A stretch of DNA of 64,000 nt from Camelus ferus (lineage: Eukaryota). The stretch lies in contig NC_045715.1 of assembly GCF_009834535.1 (NCBI RefSeq), positions 17,980,001 through 18,044,000 of the forward strand, given 5' to 3'. A program made the position numbers and the translations under genes. The notes beneath the pieces are model-generated. The model was not told where the DNA came from. It ran no database searches and was given only the letters and a program-made list of their open reading frames with translations. This document shows positions 39,702-51,000 of the stretch, piece by piece. The first letter of the stretch is position 1. Every line of letters begins with the position of its first letter.

Positions 39702-39744
39702 GGCTTTTTTCAGAGCCACCTAAAGAGCTCAGGAAATGAGCTGT
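39702..39744 (+). terminator. Near-canonical stem-loop (one G-U pair) and HDE of the unit-B H1
   Basis: GGCTTT-TTTC-AGAGCC 39702-39717; GAAATGAGCTG downstream. Confidence 0.85.
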
Positions 39745-40140
39745 TGCACTCTAGAAGGGGGCGTGGCTGTGAGAAGGTCGCCAGTGAGGGGCGGGCCTTG
39801 AAGAATGGCCTGAGAAATGGGTCTTACGCAGCGCCTGCACCGAAATGGGTAGGCGCTTTTTTTAGAATCTGTCTTATCGGGGATAGAAGGACGGGGAAAT
39901 CGGTTTGGACATTAAAGTTTACCTTGTCTCCGATTCTGGAGCCCTGAGAAAAAGTGTTCAGTGGGCAAGTAGCAGTTGGCTTTACGGAAAAGGAAAGATT
40001 TGGGGACAAAAGTGCTGTCGCTTTCGCCGTTTCCCAAGCACTATAATCTGTCGATGTTAGATGTGTTACTTAACTACTTACTCGGAGTAGAAAAGAGGAA
40101 CCACCGTACTCATTTCTCAAACAATGGGTTTTGTGGTTTT

Positions 40141-40167
40141 GTTGTTGTTGTTGTTGTTGTTGTTGTT
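40141..40167 (+). repeat. (GTT)9 microsatellite, unit-B specific
   Basis: Read directly. Confidence 0.95.
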
Positions 40168-40240
40168 TTTTACAAGCAACAGAAGTTCCCGGGACTTTTG
40201 ATTAGGGAATGTGAGCTTTAAGAGGATGACAAAGGCCAGA

Positions 40241-40454
40241 GGTGGTGGTTGCGGAAGGTCAACTGCTCAGGGCCAGGGACGATGCGCTTATCAAACAGCC
40301 TGCCCACCCACCCCAGCTGTATATCACATGACCCCTAGGTGCAGGGACCGAGACCAAATGTAGGAAATTTTCCAAGGGAACAGAGAAATTGCCTCCGGCC
40401 ACATGGAAAACTAAGCTGTTATTTAAACGTCCCTGCTTGCCATGAAACAAACAG
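40241..40454 (-). pseudogene. Decayed H2A remnant (unit B), divergent from the H2BC5-like gene
   Basis: Translations GKQG; LVFHVAGGNFSVPLENFLHLVSVPAP (H2A: [26 protein letters not shown]); KRIVPGPEQLTFRN (H2A: TRIIPRHLQLAIRN); ~290 bp from the H2B ATG. Confidence 0.75.
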
Positions 40455-40524
40455 TGCAATTGCTTGAAAAGCCTATTTATACTAGCTATGGGTATACTAG
40501 CAATACTAGCCTACTCTATGCCCT

Positions 40525-40672
40525 CTGATTGGGTAAAGCAAAGAAAAGAAATAGCCAATGAAAAGGTAGACCTGAAGAATTATTTACATTCCTCATTTGT
40601 GACGCTACAGTAAAATTAATCCAATCACGAGCGAAATCTTACTAACCTTATTTGAATACCACATCTATAAAT
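40525..40672 (+). promoter_or_regulatory. H2BC5-type promoter, unit B
   Basis: ATTGG, two CCAAT, TGACG, ATTTGAAT and TATAAA all retained as in unit A. Confidence 0.85.
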
Positions 40673-40695
40673 ATATGGGTCATCGTGGCGGATGA

Positions 40696-41124
<429 letters not shown>

Positions 41125-41160
41125 NNNNNNNNNNNNNGCGTTTTTACACCTAATCTCAAA

Positions 41161-41201
41161 GGCTCTTTTAAGAACCGTATATGTTTTTATTAAGTGAGTT
41201 G
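41161..41201 (+). terminator. Disrupted histone stem-loop (C-A mismatch) and diverged HDE
   Basis: GGCTCT-TTTA-AGAACC versus AGAGCC in unit A; AAGTGAGTTG 41192-41201. Confidence 0.9.
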
Positions 41202-43886
41202 TAATTCTTTTATTCCAATGGGCGACTTTTCAGATTTGTCCTGCCAAATTTAAAGCTCTGCCACCATTGTTTAATTTGCTAATGTACCTGCGTAGGAAAT
41301 GCTTGTAGGAAACCTAGCCAATGTGTGCCATAAACTGCGCGCTCACTATAAGCAAGTACAGTTACATAAAACCATGAATTATGTAGTATCACATAGCCAG
41401 ATATTAATTAACTTGCACTGAAAATGCCATTTCAAGTGTACAGCTTTCCTTTCCGTGTATAGGTCTGCATGTTGATCCTGCCATTGATCCGGGATTTGGC
41501 GATCAACTCATTCTGCTTAGAATTTTTCTTTTCCGTTTTTCTTTTTTTAAGCGTATAGACATTGTTTGTGAAAAAAAGGCTAAAGACTGTGAAGTTTCAC
41601 AGAAATAATTATAAAGGGTTTTCTGGTTTGCTTTCTTGAAAATTGGTCCGATTTCCTCTTGAGGCTCTGAACAGCGGGTGGGGGAGGTGGGGAAGGAGCC
41701 TGTGCTCCATCCTAAAGACACCGAGGGATAAGAACGGGAAGCCTTCTTTGACACGACTTCCAGTCAATCATATCAGTTACTTTACCTTCATTCTCTGAAA
41801 GTCCTATTCAATTCATAGTCCTTCTTCGGTAGCATTCAGATTTAAGGTCCTCAGGGTTACAAGACAGAAACCCACTCCTCAATCCGTTAAGATGTCTTGA
41901 CTCAGGACTGACGCCCCCTTTACAGCACCGTTTCCTCTTTCCCGGATGTCCCCGAGCATTGAGGGAGGAGAGGAAGTAGAAAGGGAAGAAAAGCCCCTTC
42001 TGGCTGGATGTGGTTTTGCTGCACGATGTAGCATAGCTTTAAGGGTGTTCGCTGCTGGAACAGATTTGTGGGGAAGTTAAATCTCTGGAATCTCGAAAAA
42101 GGGGCTGGGAGGGAGTGGCCTGGAGGAAAGGAATCAGTGGTCAGAGGTCACCAAGAAAACTGCAAAGTAGATGAGGCTGGAAAGGGAGGCAAGTGCTGGT
42201 TGAGGTGGAGAGTTTAGAAAGGGGGTGTTGTTGTCTAAGAGAGGAATGAATTTAGAAACCCTAGGGTTTGGGAGAAGGTGAGAACCCTAAACAGGTGCTC
42301 TGGATCACGGGGATAGATTTTCCATAATAGGGCAAGTGGGTACTTGGATGGACAATTAAAATCCAAAATAATACTTAAATTTACAAAACACTGTGAAGAG
42401 CCACTATGAAATAAGGAACTCTCATTCCCAGGTGCTTGACCCAGGGAAACCTCAAGCACCACAGCTAGCTTTCACCCAAACCTGAGCTTTGATTTTTAGA
42501 GTGTTATGTGAAGCCTGTCCGTGGTGGGGAGCATGATAAGGACTCTTTCCCACTGAAGCTGAGACACTAGACCAAAATGAACTAGAAATAAACACACACT
42601 CACCACAAATGATTGCAAAATCTGCCCTACCCTTGGTGCTGAACAAGTAGATTCCACCACTGAGAATTTGGCCTATAAGCCAGCCTTCACACTTAACTTG
42701 TTTCAGCATTAATACCACAGGGATTCAAAACACCTAGGCTGAGAATTTAATTTAGAGATAACCCCGACTGGTTTGGCGCCCCTGAGCACCTGATAAAAGC
42801 AAATACAAGTCCTCTCTTGAATAAGTTTCATTTTAGGTCTCAATCAATCTCCACAGATAAATATACAAGAAAATGAAAGCAGTTTCACAACCAAAATTAA
42901 CCAAACACATCATGAAACAAGTAACCTTGACCAAGAGCAATGAACTATGATAAAAAAAAAGCTAACATGAAAATTTATTTAAAATACAGATATTGAAACT
43001 GATGACTGAGTAATAGGAAAAAAATGTTTAAAGTGTAAGTTAACAATTAAGAGTTAGCAGAAAATAAAAGAAGAAACTAAAGAATTGAGTCATGAAAGTG
43101 TATAAGGAGATTCTTGATGTGTGCCTAAAAGCCCTAGTAAATTGTACCATGGAAATACCTTTTTTTTAAAATAAGTCATTGAAAGAGTATAAGTTAATTC
43201 ATTTAATAGATAGTCATTGACTATCTCTGGCTTCGTCATCTGCATGGTCACTGGAGATTCAGGGAAATAATGGTCGTCTTTGACCGGAAGCCCTCAGTTT
43301 TGTAAGGCTGTCAAGGAAGCTTACAATTAACTACTTTCATTTTCCTTTATCTTTCACTAAGAACCAAAAAAGTGTTTATCACTCCTTGCAAACCTACAGG
43401 CGGGTAAACAGACTTGGGCTCCTATGGGAACTACCATATTCATGCAATTGAGGCAAAAAAAAATCATCTCAATTTTTGAGTAATAAACAATATACAGTAA
43501 TATTAATACTATTGTGACACAGTGCAAATCTAAGGAACAGTCCATAGGACTACACTCATATCTGACACCAACCGCAGGGTTCAGAGTTCTCTCCAAAGCC
43601 ACCCTTGGATTAGATAATTTAATAGAAGGACTCACAGAACTCACCAAAAGCTATTATACTCAACATTAGGGTTTATTATACTAAAGGACACAAAGCAAAG
43701 TCAGCAAAGGGAAGAGACACATGAAGTAGAGTCTAGTCTTTTCCCAGTGGAGTCATGGAGCACTAACAACACCTCCCTGCAACAATGTGTGACAGCACAA
43801 TGCATATCACCAACTAGGGAAACTTACCTAAGCCTTGGTGTCCAGACTTCTGTTACGTCTTTCACATAATCAACCACTTGAACGGC

Positions 43887-44073
43887 AGCACAGGGAAATA
43901 ACATACAAGATCTTCTGGTAGCTCACAGTGGAAAAAAAAAAAAATGTGACAATGAATATATGTATGTTCATGTATAACTGAAAAATTGTGCTCTACACTG
44001 GAATTTGACACAAAATTGTAAAATGATTATAGCTCAATAAAAAAGTTTAAAAAAAACCCAAAACAACAAAAAA
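43887..44073 (+). mobile_element. 5'-truncated L1 3' end inserted in MER21, unit B only
   Basis: Same family as 540-728; degenerate 12-bp TSD cacttgaacggc 43875-43886 / cacctgaatggc 44074-44085; empty site cacctgagtggc at 17467-17478. Confidence 0.88.
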
Positions 44074-46184
44074 CACCTGAATGGCTGATCTTTAGTCTCC
44101 AGTTCCTCTGGAGGTAGTGCAGATACAGCATGGCCTAAAGCCCACAACATGAATAATATTATTCCACTAGTCCATTAGACTATTAGACCTATGATCCTAT
44201 TAGCTCAAGGCCTCCTGGTAAACAAAGATATTCTTAACATGTATTCCAAGGGCCTACAAGTTACCTTCCAGCAAAGGGCAAAGGCTAAACCTCTTTCAAT
44301 AAGGTTAATTCTGAATGCAATCATAAGAAACTATATAAGAAAGACTTTATTTTTCCAATTTTGAACTATATATCTATCAGTGACCATAACTTGAGTTCTA
44401 CAACTATTTGCTTTTTTATGATTGTTTTATCACATAGTTTTGTATATTTAGGTCACCTGTGGACCCAGAGATTGAGATTTCTGATGGAAGACAATTTTTC
44501 ATACTTTATTCAGATGAACAGCATCAGCAGTCTTCTTGATTTGTACTCCTAACTGCCCTCCAAACCCTAGGTGCAGGAAAAGAAGACTTAGGAAAGGTGA
44601 AGGTCTACATTGCGGGAATGTAGGTGTTCTTCACCTTCATGTTGGTGGCATGGGCATTTAGTGCTACATAGAAGAAAAAACTCAGTTTCTTGACATGAAA
44701 ACAGCACTTGACTTTCCCTTTCATAAACGATGAAATCTGCTGCCATGCACAGAGAACAGGAATTGTAGAAAAATAAAGGAGTTATGCTTTAGGATTTTAT
44801 TTTAAGTTTTTAACAGTGAATGTTAAGTTGTGTTTTATAAATACAAGACAATATACATATCCAGCCAAATTATGGCTGTTTTTTAGGAAAGAAGGAGGAG
44901 GATCATGGGACAAAAAGAAAGGTGAGACAAATTGAGGAGGACTCAGAAAAAGATTGGAAGAAGCAAACTGCTACTACAGAAGGGAGAGGAAGGGCCTGGA
45001 GACCAAAGAGAAGCCTATAGCGGACTGTGATGGGAGAGGCAGGAAGAATAAAGAGGAAGATGGCTGGATTGACCTTATGATGTATTTAGTATTTTCGCCA
45101 TGTATAAGACAAATCTGCTCCACGTTTCTTGGATTTTGAGTTGAATAGATTGATTAAAATGATATATCTGGGAGATGTTTTCTGACCAGTAGATGTAAAA
45201 TGGTACCTCTCTCTTCCCGTTTTTAACTTGCTCTATTAATTGTTCTTCATTATACTTAGAACTAATTGACATAAGTTTGTTTATTTTTTGTTTCCCCTTC
45301 CCATTCTCAAGACTGTTAAGCTCCATTGGGGCAGGGTTAGTCTTTTTTTTGCCACTGAGTCCCTAATGCTTTGGCTGTTTCAGACACAGACTACGCTCTC
45401 AGTAAATATTTGCAGCACGATGTAATCAATTAATTGAAATACACATAAGTCTGTAATAATAAAGATAGAGCGCAGGGCTGATTGTTGAAAATATTCAATT
45501 GAATGAGTGACTCAGCCTTTCTGGGTCTCACTTTCTTCATCTATACAAGGAGAATAAAAATCATACACTACTTCTTAGAGTTATTTTAAGGACTGAGATA
45601 ATTTGTTTAAGAAGCGTAGGGTATATAGCTTAGTGGTAGAGTGGGTTCAACTCCCAGTATGTCTATTAAATATATAAATAAATAATTACGCCCTCAAAAG
45701 TTAGGAAGAAAAAATTTTTTTTAAGTTTAAAAGAATTATAACCTTTTTTTTAAAGAAGGGATCATTTGTGTAAAGCTAAAGCTCTTTAAAAAGTTATGGA
45801 CATTTTGTAGGCACTTGGAAATTGTTATCTTTTCCTTAGTCACTGAATTAAAACGAAAATCAGAGAAGCTGATTCTCTTCAGATGAAAAACTAAAGGGAA
45901 ACAATATAAGCTTTTGATCTATTTGAATTCCACCCCAAGTGGGGTAGTTGGGGAATTTGGAACAAAGATCACATTATTCAGGAATATCTCTTGACTCAAT
46001 ATAATTTAAGTCATTATCTGTTCATGTTAGTAATGACTAAAATGTGCGTAACACTGGAGCGGAGATTCGTTGTAGCACATTATACAAGCATATGTAAACA
46101 GACCCCTCTTCATTGTGTAGCAGATATTAATGCTGATGGCAAAATGGCACCTAACATATAAACTTTTTAAATTACTTCAGTCAG

Positions 46185-46580
46185 GGCAGCAATATAAGTG
46201 CAAAGAACTGAATGCCAGCAGAAAGTGAAAATGAGAATCTGGCTGAGAAGTTATGAAGTATGATGTCCAGTCTGCCTGAGATGATTGATTAGTCTGTATA
46301 TCCCACCGAAATCCTATCCATCTGATTTACTGCACACTGATTTATGAAAAGGTGATCATTACCTGAGTGGAAGAGCATAAACAAGGTGTTTTAGCTTTTT
46401 CATTGTATTTATATTTGAATTAAAGAAATAGAATTTACTTCTGTAACAGGCCTAATTACAGGAATTCATTACTTACTGTGGACTACCTACCTTTGCTGGG
46501 GAAAGCCTGAATGAAAGGATGGCAAAATATCTGTATGTAAATGAGATGCTATAATTAATAAAATCTGTGGATAATTGGAA
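46185..46580 (+). other. Distal poly(A) terminal exon, unit-B copy
   Basis: CTAAC 46151-46155; acceptor AG 46183-46184; AATAAA 46557-46562; colinear with 19621-20012. Confidence 0.7.
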
Positions 46581-47609
46581 TGCCTCATTCATTGTTGATT
46601 CAAATCCTTCTTCTAAGATCTCTCCCCCTTCTAGACATACAACTTATTTATTTTTCATTTCATTTTCTGGCATTAATTTCTCAGTAGATAAGGCCTAAGC
46701 ACTGATTTGGCTTTGGTAACGAACTTGAAACAAACAACTTAGTGTAGCTAAGCTGATGTTTGAGAAGTCGCCTTCTGTTGCTGAATCCTGGCCCCTGTAC
46801 CCTCTTTTCGAATCAAGGTTCAGAGGCAGTTTTGGGGAAGAGGAAAGAATAGCTTTATTTCTTTGCCAGGCAAAGTGGGTCACAGTGGGCTGTTGCCTCA
46901 GGTGTGCGAGGCTGTTTGGGGAGGAGTGGTAGGGAGTTTTATAGTGAAAATCCAAGGAACAGGGCTTTAGATAAGATGCAGGGCTTCATTCCTTTCTTCT
47001 CTGATACAATTACAGTGGTGTACAGGGTAATCTGGTGACAAGGTCTTCTGTTCTTGGGAGTTCACCAGCCTTATCTCCTGACATTCTTGTGCCTGGAACA
47101 AAGGGCACTCATAGGAAAGGGGGGGCGGGTGGTATACATCTTGGGAAAAGAAAAACTATGTGCAATTAAAATAAAACCAGATTCAAGGATATCTCACAGA
47201 AATCATTTGAGGTTACTATTAAGTGACTATAATCACTGTGCCCACTGTGCGGTTACACTTCAACATCTGAATTAAGGGGAACACAATAATTTGAAGCAGT
47301 TTCAAAATTAAACGTACGCTAAAATCACCTGAAGGATCACTGGGCCCCACCTCATAGTGTTCTGATTCACTACAACTGGAGGAGGATCCAATCATTTGGA
47401 TTTCTAAATTATGAAGGTGGTGCTGTTGCTGCTGGTCTAGGGATAACACTTGGAGAACTGTGCTTTAGGACATGAGGTTTCCTTGAGATACTACCAAACA
47501 GCCCCACGAAACCGAAAAAACACATTGAAGTTTAAACTGGAAGTGTGTACTGAAAATGAGCACCTCCTCCCCCCGCGCGGCCAAGCTAGGGTGCACATCA
47601 CAATGTGGG

Positions 47610-48030
47610 CACTACATGCCCTGCCTTTGCCGGCTCCCCTCCACCCCTCCACGCCAACTCTCTCATTGGACCCTCCCGCCACGCCCCTTCCATACCGGCT
47701 CCCTCATTGGGCCGACCCGTCGCGCCCCTCAATGTCGGCTCCCTCATTGGGGCGTCTCATTCAGCCACCCGTTCATCCGCTGCTCGCAGAACCGCAAGTT
47801 ACGTATACACCGGGTAACGCCATTCGCGCTCCTCCTCTCCGGCCTGCAGTTTGAACCCGCGAGGTTTCCCTGTGGCCGCCCCTGCTAGTGCGCAGACTCT
47901 GCCGACGCAGCCTCTCTCTTCTGGCAACCACAGGACGCCGGAGAGTCCGAACGATGCGCCGGGTCATTCGCAGATAAAGACACAGAACCGAGCAGTCTGA
48001 AGACCAAGAAGCAAGGCAACAGCCCCTCCT
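47610..48030 (+). promoter_or_regulatory. Unit-B copy of the triple-CCAAT / CHR-like promoter
   Basis: ATTGG at 47665, 47706, 47746; TTTGAA 47850-47855. Confidence 0.7.
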
Positions 48031-51000
48031 TCTCACCCCCTGCACTGGTTTTTCTCCTCCTCTCCCAACTTTTTCTGAGTTGTCATTTCCTTCATAGCTA
48101 ATCCCCAAGAGCCCTGCCTTGCGCCACCTCTGCTTATTGTCAGCACTTTTATCGGGCACTTTGTGTGAGTATTAAGTGCGTGTATATGTGGCATCCATTA
48201 GGCATAGTGGACACAGGGCCTACGGCCCACAGTACTTTTAGAGGCTTACTAAGATACTTGAATTTGTAAACTTTTAGGTTGATGGAAACGTTCTAATATA
48301 TTGATGCTTTGATTTTTATATAACTTTAGTAATTATATTATTTTTGTTATTTTTATGGAGGAAGGGATCCAGAAAGGCAGATGTGCATAGGACCCACAAA
48401 AGATAATGCAGCCTTGAGTTCAGGTAGCACGGACCTGTTTCCAGTTTTTTTATTTAAAAATAACTAAATAAATAATGGTAAATAAACACCCAAAATTCTA
48501 AGTGCTTTCTAGATGTTAACTGATTTACTTTTCATAACACACCTGTGAACTATTGTTACCCCAATTTATCTGGATATATGAGTTACCCAAAGCTCAAAAT
48601 AATTCACCCAATGTTACTCAGCTAATAAATCGCAGAGGTTATAGCTCAGTGGTAAAGTGCATGCTTAGCATGCACGAGATCCTGGGTTCAATCCTTAATA
48701 CCTCCATTAAAAAGTAAATAAACAAGTAAACCTGATTATCTCCCGTGGCAAAAGAAAAAAATTATATATATGTATATATAGCAGAGGGTATTCTCACCCA
48801 GGCTGTTTAGCTCCAGGATCCCTAACCTAAAAACCATTGCACTAAAGATATTATCTCGAGATAACTCTAAACAGTTAATCCAAAAAAACAGCAGATAAGA
48901 TAACCACTTAACTCTAGACAAGCTAATGTGAGCAGTCTTCTCCACTTTGCCAATATAGACTTGAACAAACACTAGCAGACTTTTTAGCAGCTCAAGGCCT
49001 AGGATGCCCCCAGCCCCTCTTAAAGAGCCTACGCAAGTCAAGACCTACTATTCATTTCATGTTTTTCCTTTTCTGTTTTGTTTTTGTTTGTCATTTTTTA
49101 AAGAATCATCTTGACATTTTTGCTCATCAACATGAATTTGACAGTGCTCCATCAAAAAATCCAGTGACGCTTTGTGACATAAAGTTGAAATTTTAGATTA
49201 TTTTGAAATTTATGGACATTTTAGCCTATTGAGACACTCCAAACATAAAAATAGTCCATCACTTAATTTAGGTGAGTCTTCTTTCATGTCCTTTAATAAC
49301 ACTTCATAGTTATATTCCTAGAAATCTGTGTGTGTGTGTTGCTCCTGTCCAGTTTAGGTGAAGTTACATAACTTGCGAAGAATAAAAGGAAGATAGCTAT
49401 TTTTCTATTGAAACAGCTTATGCAAAATAAGGATTATCAATTACTTAAATTTCACTAAAACCTATAAAATCTAAGTGTGCTTGGAAAGCTTTGGGCTCAA
49501 GACTATAGGAGAGATATATTTTCAAACCACCTATCATATTTCCTTAATCATAACTTGTTTATTCAGCCTATACTTTTCTATTAAGATTAATTTTTTTTTG
49601 TAAAAGTTGTTGATAACATTCTCATGGTTCTTTCCATCCCCCTTTCAGTAGGTAATTTCCCTTTTTTATTTCTATAACTTATTTCCCCCTCTCCCCTACA
49701 CACACTTTTTTTCATGACTAGTCTTTCTAGAGGTTTGCATATTATAACTAGGTTTTCAGAGAACAAACTTGTGGTTTATGGATCATCTCCATTTTTTTCC
49801 TTTTCAATTTTTTCTTCCTTTTAAATTTCAAAAATTGACATTGAAAATAAAATGTCAATGTACAAATCCATGAGAATATATGAACAGTTAGATGTAATAG
49901 AGCTCAACAATTTGATGGATATATGAGCACCACATAAAAATTTATGGCCTTCCTACTTGTTAGCGGAGACCTACCTTGTAATAGAAGAACCAGGAATCAT
50001 TCAGAAGAGTGCAACACATTCTAAGAATTCTAAGTCCAATTGTTTCTGCTTAATTTTGATTTATTCTATTGTTCTTTTTCTAGCTTTTTTTTTTTTTTGA
50101 TAAATACCTAGTTCCTGTCTTCAGTGTTTCGTGTTCATGCATTCATCTAATATTGTATATTTCCAATTTCTTACCACTTCAGATATATCCTACAATTTTC
50201 ACATGTATTATTCTCATTCATATTTATCTCAGAATATTAAATAGTTTCCCTTATGAACTTCATTCTAATCCATGATATTTAGACGTGTGCTTTTAGTATT
50301 CAATGATATGGGATGATTGTTTTATTTTTACTATCTTTAAAAAATTATTTTTTATCGCTATTTAATTGGATTATGAAAAAAGAGTGCACTGTTTATGAAA
50401 CTGTTTCTTTGGTATCTATTGTGACTTTTTCTAAAGCCAAGATTGAATTTCTGAAATGGTTAAATGTGTGCTTTTAAATATTGGATATTCTCTATGTGTT
50501 AAGTGCAGGAATAATAGACAGATGAAGTTTATTCATTGTGGTGTTCACATATTCTATAACTATGCACATTTTTCTATTCTTGTTATGTGAATTTTTGAGG
50601 AGTATATTGAAAATTTGCCCTACAATCATGAACTTGAAATTCTCCTATGTCTCCCATTTATTGAGTTACATACTGGTTGTGTGGTCAGGTGCATACAAGG
50701 TCCTGAATGTTACATCTTAGTAGTAGATCTTTATTTGATCATTGTGGAGTGTAGGGGTTATTTTATTTGTAGAAATTCTATTTTATTATTTTTGATTAAC
50801 TTATTTTATTTCTCCTTGTTCCTTGATTGTATAATCCTATTTTGATTTATTTCTTTAAGCTTTCAGTAAATACTTTACTGTCTCTCATCATTTCAATATC
50901 TGAAATTATTAGTCTTAAGGAGAGGGGATCTAAGACTCTTATTTATTTGGAAACGTGACTCTCCAGTATCTGTTTTCCTCTTCTATGTGATAACATTTAG

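Noticed and set aside
48851-48864. 14-bp perfect palindrome TTATCTCGAGATAA
   Set aside because: Not conserved in unit A and compatible with chance.
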